Assembly: GCA_964355075.1 (NCBI GenBank)
Contig: CAYHCF010000006.1
Location: 32,821-96,820, forward strand
Length of the DNA stretch: 64,000 bases
Source: an uncultured Chitinophaga sp.
GTDB taxonomy: Bacteria > Bacteroidota > Bacteroidia > UKL13-3
Direction of reading: 5' to 3'
The number at the start of each line of letters is the position of its first letter. Positions within the stretch are counted from its first letter, which is position 1. Positions 20,308 through 27,456 of the stretch are shown piece after piece. The notes under the pieces were generated by a model. It worked only from the letters and a program-made list of their open reading frames with translations, made no database searches and was not told where the DNA came from. Made by a program: the position numbers and the translations under genes.

Positions 20308-20556
20308 TATTAATAACTACGAATTTACTTATTCTTTGAGGAATTTGAATTTTATTTCTGAACTATTCACAGTGAAAGGACTCCCTATCTACTTTAAAAA
20401 ACATTTGTTTCGCATTGGAAAATGGTTTTAAGTTTTTATTTTTCATAAATATATGTCCACCAAACGAATGTCTCAATTTAGGCAATTTCATAATATCAAA
20501 TTGGATTAGGTGCATTGCAAACAATTCCTTTATTTTGATCCAAAATTAATAATATC

Positions 20557-21093
20557 ATGAATGAAATTGCTTTTCTGTTTTTGGAAATTACCAAGTACCT
20601 GATTCCCGCCTTGATTGTTTTCATCATTACTTACTATCAATTTAAAATATTTTTTGATACCGAATACCAAAAAAGAATGATTGACTTAAAATCAGAGCTA
20701 GGCAAAACCATGCAACCACTGCGTCTTCAGGCATATGAAAGGTGCGTGTTGTTAATGGAGCGAATGAGTCCTGAAAGTCTTGTGATGCGCACACATAAAC
20801 CCGGAATCAGTGCTTCACAATTAAAAATGGAATTGATTGTAGCAATTAACTCCGAATTTAACCACAATCTTTCCCAGCAATTGTATATTTCATCGCAGGC
20901 ATGGCAGGTTCTGAGAGTTGTAAAAGAAGAAATGATAAACCTTATCAATACTGCATATGCCGATTTAGGACCGAATGCAGTTGGACTTGATTTAAGTAAG
21001 GCGATTTTTGAAGAGTTAATTAAAATTGATATCGTTCCTACCCATAAAGCCCTAGTGTTTTTGAAAAAGGAATTTGATCTGGTTTTTGGATAA
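20557..21093 (+). CDS. Hypothetical membrane-anchored protein
   Basis: 178-aa ORF with an N-terminal TM helix (YLIPALIVFIITYYQF). I recognise no family. Confidence 0.6.
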   Translation: MNEIAFLFLEITKYLIPALIVFIITYYQFKIFFDTEYQKRMIDLKSELGKTMQPLRLQAYERCVLLMERMSPESLVMRTHKPGISASQLKMELIVAINSEFNHNLSQQLYISSQAWQVLRVVKEEMINLINTAYADLGPNAVGLDLSKAIFEELIKIDIVPTHKALVFLKKEFDLVFG

Positions 21094-21139
21094 ACCAACA
21101 AGTGAAAGGCAAATTTATAATACAGGAATTTGGTAAATA

Positions 21140-21360
21140 GGAATCAATTGTCAGTTCGAGCGGAGTCGAGAACGGTATTCGGTAAGTAGTAATCGGTATT
21201 CGGTAATCGGTATTCGGTATTCAGTAATCGGTAAGTAGTAATCGGTAAGTAGTAATCGGTAAACAGTAATCGGTAAGTAGTAATCGGTAAACAGTAATCA
21301 GTTGGCAGCAGGCTGGAATCAATTGTCAGTTCGAGCGGAGTCGAGAACGGCATTCAGTAA
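21140..21360. repeat. Composite repeat: two perfect 36-bp direct repeats flanking ~19 tandem heptamers
   Basis: ggaatcaattgtcagttcgagcggagtcgagaacgg occurs at 21140-21175 and 21315-21350. Between the copies lie heptads gtaatcg / gtattcg / gtaagta / gtaaaca in 14-bp super-units. Confidence 0.9.
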
Positions 21361-21373
21361 TCAATAATCGGCA

Positions 21374-21422
21374 ATTTCTAATTTTCTAATCTTCTAATTT
21401 TCTAATCTTCTAATTTTTAATC
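21374..21422. repeat. Tandem octamer tract (TTCTAATY, 16-bp super-unit)
   Basis: atttctaa ttttctaa tcttctaa ttttctaa tcttctaa tttttaatc, ending 13 nt before the mutase ATG at 21436. Confidence 0.9.
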
Positions 21423-21435
21423 AGCATTCGATAAC

Positions 21436-22986
21436 ATGAACGAAAAAAAATTCATCACCGATTCAGGGATTGAAATTAAACAATTATATACCGGCGAAGA
21501 TCATTTGGGCTTGCCGGGTGAATGGCCTTATACAAGAGGAATACAGGCCGATATGTACCGTGGCAAACTTTGGACGATGCGTCAGTATGCCGGGTTCAGC
21601 ACTGCCGAAGAAAGTAATAAAAGATATAAATATTTGCTGGCAAACGGAACCATGGGTTTAAGTGTGGCCTTTGATTTGCCTACTCAAATTGGTTACGACA
21701 GCGATCATGCCATGAGCGAAGGTGAAGTTGGAAAGGTGGGAGTCGCCATTGATTCCCTGCGCGATATAGAGACCTTATTTGACGGAATATCCCTGGAGAA
21801 AATAACTACCTCCATGACCATCAATGCAACTGCATCAACTTTATTGGCTTTTTATATTGCATTGGCCAAAAAGCAAGGTGCCGATATCAAAAAAATATCC
21901 GGTACAGTTCAAAATGATATTTTAAAAGAATATATCGCCCGTGGAACCTATATCTATCCACCAAAGCCTAGTATGCGAATCATTACTGATATTTTTGAAT
22001 ATTGCAGTAAGGAAGTGCCAAAATGGAATACCATTTCTATTTCCGGGTATCATATTCGAGAAGCAGGGTCAACAGCGGTTCAGGAAATTGCATTTACACT
22101 TGCAAATGCAAAGGCCTACTTAAAAGCTGCCATTGAGAAAGGTTTGGATATGGACGTATTCGGACAGAGACTTTCCTTTTTCTTTAATGCCCACAATAAT
22201 TTTTTTGAAGAAATAGCCAAATACAGAGCTGCCAGAAGAATGTGGGCCAAAATCGCCAAAGACATGGGTGCCACAAATCCCAAAGCAATGATGTTACGTT
22301 TTCATACCCAAACCGGAGGCGCAACTCTGCAGGCACAACAACCCGAAAACAATATTGTACGCGTTACCTTGCAGGCTATGGCAGCTGTGATGGGCGGCAC
22401 GCAAAGTTTACATACCAACGGCTTTGATGAAGCATTTAGTTTGCCAACGGAAGCCGCAGCCAGAACGGCTATACGGACCCAGCAGATTATTGCATACGAG
22501 AGTGGGGTAGTGGATACGGTTGATCCGATGGGGGGAAGTTATTTTGTGGAGGAACTTACTGATGAAATCGAAAAAGCTGCCTGGAAATACATTGAGAAAA
22601 TTGATGCCATGGGAGGTTCGGTAAATGCAATCGAGCAAGGATACATGCAAAAAGAAATTGCTGATTCAAGTTACCGGTATCAAATGGATATTGAGAAGCA
22701 GGATAAAGTGATTGTAGGTTTAAATAAATTTAATTTGGAAGATAATGTGTCTCCTCCTTTATTCAGAGTGGATGACAATATTAGATTGCAGCAAATTGAA
22801 AAAATAAAACAAATAAAAGCTGAACGCAATTCTGATAAAGTAACAGACGGCCTGAACCTATTAAAACAGTCGGCCACCGATAATAGCAATGTGATGCCAT
22901 ATCTCATTGATGCCGTTGAGCATTATGCTACGCTTGGTGAAATTGCAGATATTTTCAGAGGTGTTTTTGGAGAGTATCGAGTCTAA
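21436..22986 (+). CDS. Methylmalonyl-CoA mutase, large (catalytic TIM-barrel) subunit without B12-binding domain
   Basis: 516-aa ORF with [50 protein letters not shown] and RFHTQTGG. It ends before any B12-binding domain. Confidence 0.9.
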   Translation: MNEKKFITDSGIEIKQLYTGEDHLGLPGEWPYTRGIQADMYRGKLWTMRQYAGFSTAEESNKRYKYLLANGTMGLSVAFDLPTQIGYDSDHAMSEGEVGKVGVAIDSLRDIETLFDGISLEKITTSMTINATASTLLAFYIALAKKQGADIKKISGTVQNDILKEYIARGTYIYPPKPSMRIITDIFEYCSKEVPKWNTISISGYHIREAGSTAVQEIAFTLANAKAYLKAAIEKGLDMDVFGQRLSFFFNAHNNFFEEIAKYRAARRMWAKIAKDMGATNPKAMMLRFHTQTGGATLQAQQPENNIVRVTLQAMAAVMGGTQSLHTNGFDEAFSLPTEAAARTAIRTQQIIAYESGVVDTVDPMGGSYFVEELTDEIEKAAWKYIEKIDAMGGSVNAIEQGYMQKEIADSSYRYQMDIEKQDKVIVGLNKFNLEDNVSPPLFRVDDNIRLQQIEKIKQIKAERNSDKVTDGLNLLKQSATDNSNVMPYLIDAVEHYATLGEIADIFRGVFGEYRV

Positions 22987-23071
22987 AGATCCGGGATTGA
23001 TAGAATCGGGAAACGAGACAAGTGGTCTATTGAAGTTTACCAATTGTATGCTATTGAAAATTATGAACCAA

Positions 23072-23821
23072 ATGAAAAAAAAGCATAAATTATTTTTATT
23101 TATCCTTTTAATGTGCCTGGCCTCCTGCCATTCCCAACTACAGGTTCAAAAAACGCAAAACCAAAATATAAAAATGATTTCTGACTCTTTTCCCATTTGG
23201 GATCAGAAAGCCATAGAAATGATAAAACCTTATAAGATTAAACTGGATAGTTCAATGAATGTGGTGATTAACGAGGCACCTGTTGAATTAAAAAAGGAAT
23301 TGCCGGAAGGAAGTTTGGGTAATATGGTTTGCGATATGCTGATGGATTATGCTTTAGCCCATGGACAGAAGCCTGATTTTTGTGTAATGAACCAGGGAGG
23401 GCTGCGTATTCCAACTATTTATAAAGGTCCTGTGTATGTAAGAACCATTTATGAATTGTTACCATTCGAAAATCAATTGGTATTGTTAAAAGTTAGTGGC
23501 AAAAATTGCAGACTATTATTTAATTTAATTGTCCAAATTGGGGGCACTCCTGAATCCGGGTTTCAAATGACCATCAAGGGAGATACCCTTTCAGGATTGC
23601 AAATAAATCATATTGATTTTGATGAAGCGAAAGATTATTTGGTTTTAACCAGTGATTATCTGGCAAATGGTGGCGATAATGTTGTACCCTTAAAGAATCC
23701 CTTGCAAATGATTGACCTGAATATAAAAATACGCGATGCGCTGTTCATTCAGATAAAAAGGATGAATTCAGCCGGAAAACAATTATTCTACAAAAAGGAT
23801 GGAAGAATCATTAAAAACTAA
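23072..23821 (+). CDS. 5'-nucleotidase C-terminal (substrate-binding) domain lipoprotein
   Basis: ORF 22907-23821. The ATG at 23072 gives the lipoprotein signal MKKKHKLFLFILLMCLASC. LGNMVCDMLMDYA...NQGGLR...LLPFENQLV...SDYLANGGD is typical of 5_nucleotid_C. The longer ORF-track start overlaps the mutase gene. Confidence 0.8.
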   Translation: MKKKHKLFLFILLMCLASCHSQLQVQKTQNQNIKMISDSFPIWDQKAIEMIKPYKIKLDSSMNVVINEAPVELKKELPEGSLGNMVCDMLMDYALAHGQKPDFCVMNQGGLRIPTIYKGPVYVRTIYELLPFENQLVLLKVSGKNCRLLFNLIVQIGGTPESGFQMTIKGDTLSGLQINHIDFDEAKDYLVLTSDYLANGGDNVVPLKNPLQMIDLNIKIRDALFIQIKRMNSAGKQLFYKKDGRIIKN

Positions 23822-24749
23822 TCGCAAAAATTTTATTAAGCAAACCCTTTACCTGGTTGGATTTGGGGTAATGGCGAATTCGCCGCTTCGTGTGTTCGCT
23901 CATACGGGGGGAAAAAATCTGACTGTTTTGCATACTAATGACTGGCACAGTAGAATAGACCCGTTTCCGGCCATTGATAAAAACTATGGAGGTATGGGTG
24001 GTGCCGCGCTTAGAGCAGCTGTTATTAATGGTATCCGTAACGAGGTGGGAGAACTGCTATTATTAGATGCAGGTGATATTTTTCAGGGTACGCCTTATTT
24101 TAATTTTTATGGAGGTGAACTGGAATTTAAACTCATGAGCCAAATGGGATATGATTGTGCTACGATGGGCAATCATGATTTTGACAATGGAATTGAGGGA
24201 TTTATGAAACAATTGCCTTTGGCTAATTTCCCTTTTGTAAGTGCCAATTATGATTTTTCAAAAACTTCGCTTAATGGCAAAATTCAATCTTATAGAATTT
24301 TCAGAAAAAAAGGGTTGAAAATTGGCGTGTTTGGATTAGGAATTGAGTTAAATGGATTGGTTCCGGATAAGCTTTATGGAAATACCCTTTATTTTGAACC
24401 AATTAGTATTGCCAATCGGATAGCAGCGCATTTAAAGCATCAGAAAAATTGCGATCTGGTGATCTGTTTATCACATTTAGGTTATAAGTATACCAATAAT
24501 AAGGTAAGTGACGAAATTCTTGCCCAAAAAACACAAAATATTGATTTGATAATAGGAGGGCATACACATACTTTTTTGCCGGAACCGGTAACTTACAAAA
24601 ATCTTGCTGACAAAAATGTCCTGGTAAATCAAGTTGGCTGGGCAGGGCTGCAACTGGGACGAATAGATTTCTCCTTTGAAATTTTTGACAAAAACTATTC
24701 AACAACACAATATAGCCTCATACAATTAGTAAACATTCAGAATTTATAA
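23799..24749 (+). CDS. Metallophosphoesterase domain of 5'-nucleotidase type, with Tat-like leader
   Basis: 316-aa ORF with the leader NRKNFIKQTLYLVGFGVMANSPLRVFA. It carries the calcineurin-like motifs LHTNDWH, DAGDIFQGT, GNHDFD, LSHLG and GGHTH. It overlaps the previous gene by 23 nt. Confidence 0.85.
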   Translation: MEESLKTNRKNFIKQTLYLVGFGVMANSPLRVFAHTGGKNLTVLHTNDWHSRIDPFPAIDKNYGGMGGAALRAAVINGIRNEVGELLLLDAGDIFQGTPYFNFYGGELEFKLMSQMGYDCATMGNHDFDNGIEGFMKQLPLANFPFVSANYDFSKTSLNGKIQSYRIFRKKGLKIGVFGLGIELNGLVPDKLYGNTLYFEPISIANRIAAHLKHQKNCDLVICLSHLGYKYTNNKVSDEILAQKTQNIDLIIGGHTHTFLPEPVTYKNLADKNVLVNQVGWAGLQLGRIDFSFEIFDKNYSTTQYSLIQLVNIQNL

Positions 24750-24759
24750 TTTAGTATAA

Positions 24760-24995
24760 AATTGATTTCCTTGCTGAGGTAATATTCCAGAGGACTTGAA
24801 AGCATTTATATCTTTTAATATTTTTTTTTAAATACAATCTTTGAATCAATAAAAAAATTTTTTTTTCAATTTTTTTATTGATTTATTTTTTTTGTGGTAT
24901 AAATCAGCACAAAAATTTTTTTATACCCATTTTTATAAACTATTTGTTGAAAACGTTTTGTGGTATGAAATATTTTATTGACTTTTACCTACGAA
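24760..24995. other. AT-rich dnaA upstream region; candidate replication-origin / dnaA regulatory region
   Basis: Long A/T runs. A perfect 16-bp A/T-only palindrome (24844-24859 / 24868-24883) and an 11-bp direct repeat TTTTGTGGTAT (24890-24900 and 24956-24966) whose reverse complement carries the CCACA core of DnaA boxes. Confidence 0.35.
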
Positions 24996-26447
24996 ATGAA
25001 GGAGATGATTATGACCGAAAAAACCTGCGAAAGTGTTTGGAATAACATTTTGAAATTAATCCAAGACAATGTACCTACTCAAAGCTTCAAAACCTGGTTT
25101 GAACCCATTAAGCCAATTAAGCTGGATAATAAGGTTTTAACTATACAGGTTCCAAGTCAGTTTTTTTATGAATGGCTTGAAGAACACTATGTGAGTTTGT
25201 TGAAAAAAACATTGAAACAGGAATTGGGTTTAGGTGCCCGGTTAGAATATAATATTATCGTTGAGAATGGAACCAACACTTCCAGTCCTTATGTTGTTAA
25301 TATACCTGGTAGCAGTAGCTCCAAAGCTGATTTACAACAAATCAGTGCAGGTATTAACCTTAATCCTTATATCAAAAATCCATTTGTTATTCCCGGTATC
25401 AAAAAGATAAATATTGAAAGCAACCTGAACCCAAATTTAACATTTGATAATTTTGTAGAGGGTGATTGTAATCGTTTGGCAAGAAGTGCAGGCATCGCTG
25501 TTGCTAATAAACCTGGAGGAACCTCCTTTAATCCACTCATGATTTTCAGTGAAACCGGTCTTGGTAAAACTCACCTGGTTCATGCAATCGGAAACATGAT
25601 CAAACAAAACAGTAAAAACAAAATAGTTTTATATGTACCGGTAGAAAAATTTATCAACCAGTTTGTTGACGCAATTCGTAATAATTCCAATCAGGATTTT
25701 ATGAATTACTACCAACAGGTGGATATATTAATAGTGGATGATGTTCAGTTTTTGGAAAACAAGCAAAAAACCCAGGAAATCTTCTTTACCATATTTAACC
25801 ATCTGCATCAATTAGGGAAACAGGTCATTTTAACCAGCGACCGTGCACCAAAGGATTTGAAGGGAATGGATGAGCGTTTATTGAGCCGTTTCAAATGGGG
25901 CTTATCTGCTGATTTACAAACACCTGATTTTGAAACTCGTTTAGCCATTCTTGAACACATGATGTATAACGATGGAATTACCCTTCAGCGTGAGGTGGTT
26001 GAATATGTATCGCATAATATCAATACCAATGTTCGTGAATTACAGGGTGCCCTTGTAAGTTTACTGGCTCAGGCAAGCCTTAACCGTAAAGAAGTTAACT
26101 TAGATTTAGCAAAACAAATACTCAAAAACTTTGTGAAAAATAATACACGTGAAATCTCCATTGAATACATCCAGAAATTGGTTTGTGATTACTTTACGAT
26201 TCCGGTTGAACAGGTTAAATCAAAAACGCGCAAACGCGAAATTGTGCAAGCCCGCCAAATATCTATGTTCTATGCAAAAGATTTAACCAAATCGTCTCTT
26301 AAAACTATAGGAATGCATTTTGGAGGCCGCGATCACTCTACGGTAATTCATGCCTGCCAAACCGTTAATGATTTAATGGAAACCGATAAGAAATTTAAAG
26401 CCGATATTGATGAGATCGGAAAGCGGATAAAAATGAACTTAGCCTGA
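24996..26447 (+). CDS. dnaA: Chromosomal replication initiator protein DnaA
   Basis: ORF 24978-26447 with Walker A SETGLGKTHLVHAIG, Walker B ILIVDDVQFL, sensor NVRELQGAL, and the C-terminal DNA-binding helix region ARQISMFYAKDLT...FGGRDHSTVIHA. The start is ambiguous (TTG 24978; ATG 24996, 25005 or 25011). Confidence 0.95.
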   Translation: MKEMIMTEKTCESVWNNILKLIQDNVPTQSFKTWFEPIKPIKLDNKVLTIQVPSQFFYEWLEEHYVSLLKKTLKQELGLGARLEYNIIVENGTNTSSPYVVNIPGSSSSKADLQQISAGINLNPYIKNPFVIPGIKKINIESNLNPNLTFDNFVEGDCNRLARSAGIAVANKPGGTSFNPLMIFSETGLGKTHLVHAIGNMIKQNSKNKIVLYVPVEKFINQFVDAIRNNSNQDFMNYYQQVDILIVDDVQFLENKQKTQEIFFTIFNHLHQLGKQVILTSDRAPKDLKGMDERLLSRFKWGLSADLQTPDFETRLAILEHMMYNDGITLQREVVEYVSHNINTNVRELQGALVSLLAQASLNRKEVNLDLAKQILKNFVKNNTREISIEYIQKLVCDYFTIPVEQVKSKTRKREIVQARQISMFYAKDLTKSSLKTIGMHFGGRDHSTVIHACQTVNDLMETDKKFKADIDEIGKRIKMNLA

Positions 26448-26451
26448 TAAC

Positions 26452-26487
26452 AAAATCCTCTCAAACAACCTGAGAGGATTTTTTTTG
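26452..26487 (+). terminator. Rho-independent terminator after dnaA
   Basis: aaaatcctctca / tgagaggatttt stem with a 7-nt loop, followed by a T-run (ttttttttg). Confidence 0.8.
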
Positions 26488-26513
26488 CCAATACCGGTTG
26501 AAAATCCCGGAAA

Positions 26514-26546
26514 TTGATCCAATAAAACGAAATCTTCTTATATTTG
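26514..26546 (+). promoter_or_regulatory. Weak promoter match (TTG-N22-TATATTTG) for the toxin-antitoxin-like pair
   Basis: TATATTTG at 26539-26546 ends only 4 nt before ATG 26551, which would imply a near-leaderless transcript. The TTG at 26514-26516 is at non-ideal spacing. Confidence 0.3.
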
Positions 26547-26550
26547 ATTT

Positions 26551-26835
26551 ATGAATTTACCTCCTCAACTTTTTTGGGATACCGATTATGAAAAAATTGA
26601 TTGGGATAAAAAATCCGAATATGTGATTTCCAGGGTATTGGATAGAGGGAGTTTAAAGGATTGGTTTGAAATAAAACGTTATTATGGAATTGAAAAAATC
26701 GTTGACGTTGTTAAAAATGCCCGATATCTATCAAAAAAAACAGTTTATTTTATGAGTAATGTTTTCGATATTCCTTTAGAAGAAATAAGATGCTACAAAT
26801 TAATGCAGTCCCAACCCGAACAATGGATATTTTGA
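26551..26835 (+). CDS. Small protein partner of the AbiEii-family gene (putative antitoxin)
   Basis: 94-aa ORF (MNLPPQLFWDTDYEKIDWDKKSEYVISRVLDRGSLKDWFEI...). Its stop overlaps the next gene's ATG by 13 nt. I recall similar small proteins (DUF6922-like) paired with AbiEii genes in Bacteroidota, but could not verify this. Confidence 0.6.
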   Translation: MNLPPQLFWDTDYEKIDWDKKSEYVISRVLDRGSLKDWFEIKRYYGIEKIVDVVKNARYLSKKTVYFMSNVFDIPLEEIRCYKLMQSQPEQWIF

Positions 26836-27407
26836 AGCTACTTGCTTCTCAACCCTGTTTAGAGTCCTTTTATTTAGTTGGAGGAACCGCACTTTCTCTT
26901 CAAATTGGCCATCGGCTGAGTTATGATTTGGACTTTTTTAGTTCGGGGAAAAATGATTTGGAAATGATACAAAATGAATTATTACAATTAGATCATATTA
27001 GGTTAAAAACTCGTTCAGATTATGCCTTATTTATGGAGTATGAAAGCATAAAAATTGATATATTAAATTATGGGTATCGATTCATTTATCCACCTGTTTC
27101 ATATGGAAATATAAAACTTGCTAATTTAAAGGATATTGCTGCAATGAAATTAAAAACAATAATGAACAGAGGTGCCAAGAGAGACTTTTATGATATTTAC
27201 TTTTTACTTGAGGTGTTTTCGTTGGAATATATGCTTGAACTTTTTAGAATAAAATATGAGAATATTGAGCCAATAGCTATTTATAAAAGTTTATGTTATT
27301 TCGAAGATGCTGAGGGGCAGGAAGACCCAATTCTTCTTGTTAATACTGCCCTGACCTGGGAAAGGGTAAAAAATCGAATGATTCAGGAAACAAAAAATTT
27401 GTTGTAA
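26823..27407 (+). CDS. Nucleotidyltransferase AbiEii/AbiGii toxin-family protein
   Basis: ORF 26790-27407, with ATG 26823 preferred. It has the NTase motif LVGGTALSLQIGHRLSYDLDFF and a second motif, KLKTIMNRGAKRDFYDIYFL, as in AbiEii (DUF1814) proteins. Confidence 0.8.
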   Translation: MDILKLLASQPCLESFYLVGGTALSLQIGHRLSYDLDFFSSGKNDLEMIQNELLQLDHIRLKTRSDYALFMEYESIKIDILNYGYRFIYPPVSYGNIKLANLKDIAAMKLKTIMNRGAKRDFYDIYFLLEVFSLEYMLELFRIKYENIEPIAIYKSLCYFEDAEGQEDPILLVNTALTWERVKNRMIQETKNLL

Positions 27408-27456
27408 TCCTTACACATTCGTTCACCCTTTTAGATATTAGAACAAATTCATTCTG

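Noticed and set aside
17910-21101. Antisense or alternative-frame ORFs of 60-124 aa inside ftsK and the 178-aa hypothetical gene, for example 18842-19168, 19403-19705 and 20727-21101.
   Set aside because: These are shadow ORFs opposite well-supported genes, with low-complexity or unrecognisable translations. The same reasoning applies to similar ORFs inside GH31, both TonB-dependent receptors, the E1 gene, purD, the crotonase gene, gltX and the adaptor gene (for example 29477-29884 and 60420-60755).
21144-21353. A 69-aa minus-strand ORF (…TDYYLPITTYRLLFTDYYLPITTYRLLNTEYRLPNTDYYLPNT…).
   Set aside because: It is just the translation of the heptamer array. The 7-bp period produces a quasi-repetitive peptide every 21 nt. 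There is no credible start context, and it is bounded by the 36-bp direct repeats.
21140-21422. A possible CRISPR array, given the 36-bp identical repeats.
   Set aside because: There are only two copies of the 36-mer. The 139-bp spacer is itself a low-complexity tandem repeat. There are no cas genes in the window, and the repeat spacing is not CRISPR-like.
24998-25004. A gaaggag Shine-Dalgarno-like sequence upstream of the dnaA ATG at 25011.
   Set aside because: Bacteroidota generally do not rely on Shine-Dalgarno pairing, and the sequence lies inside the alternative N-terminal extension (MKEMIM). It is not sufficient to fix the start codon.
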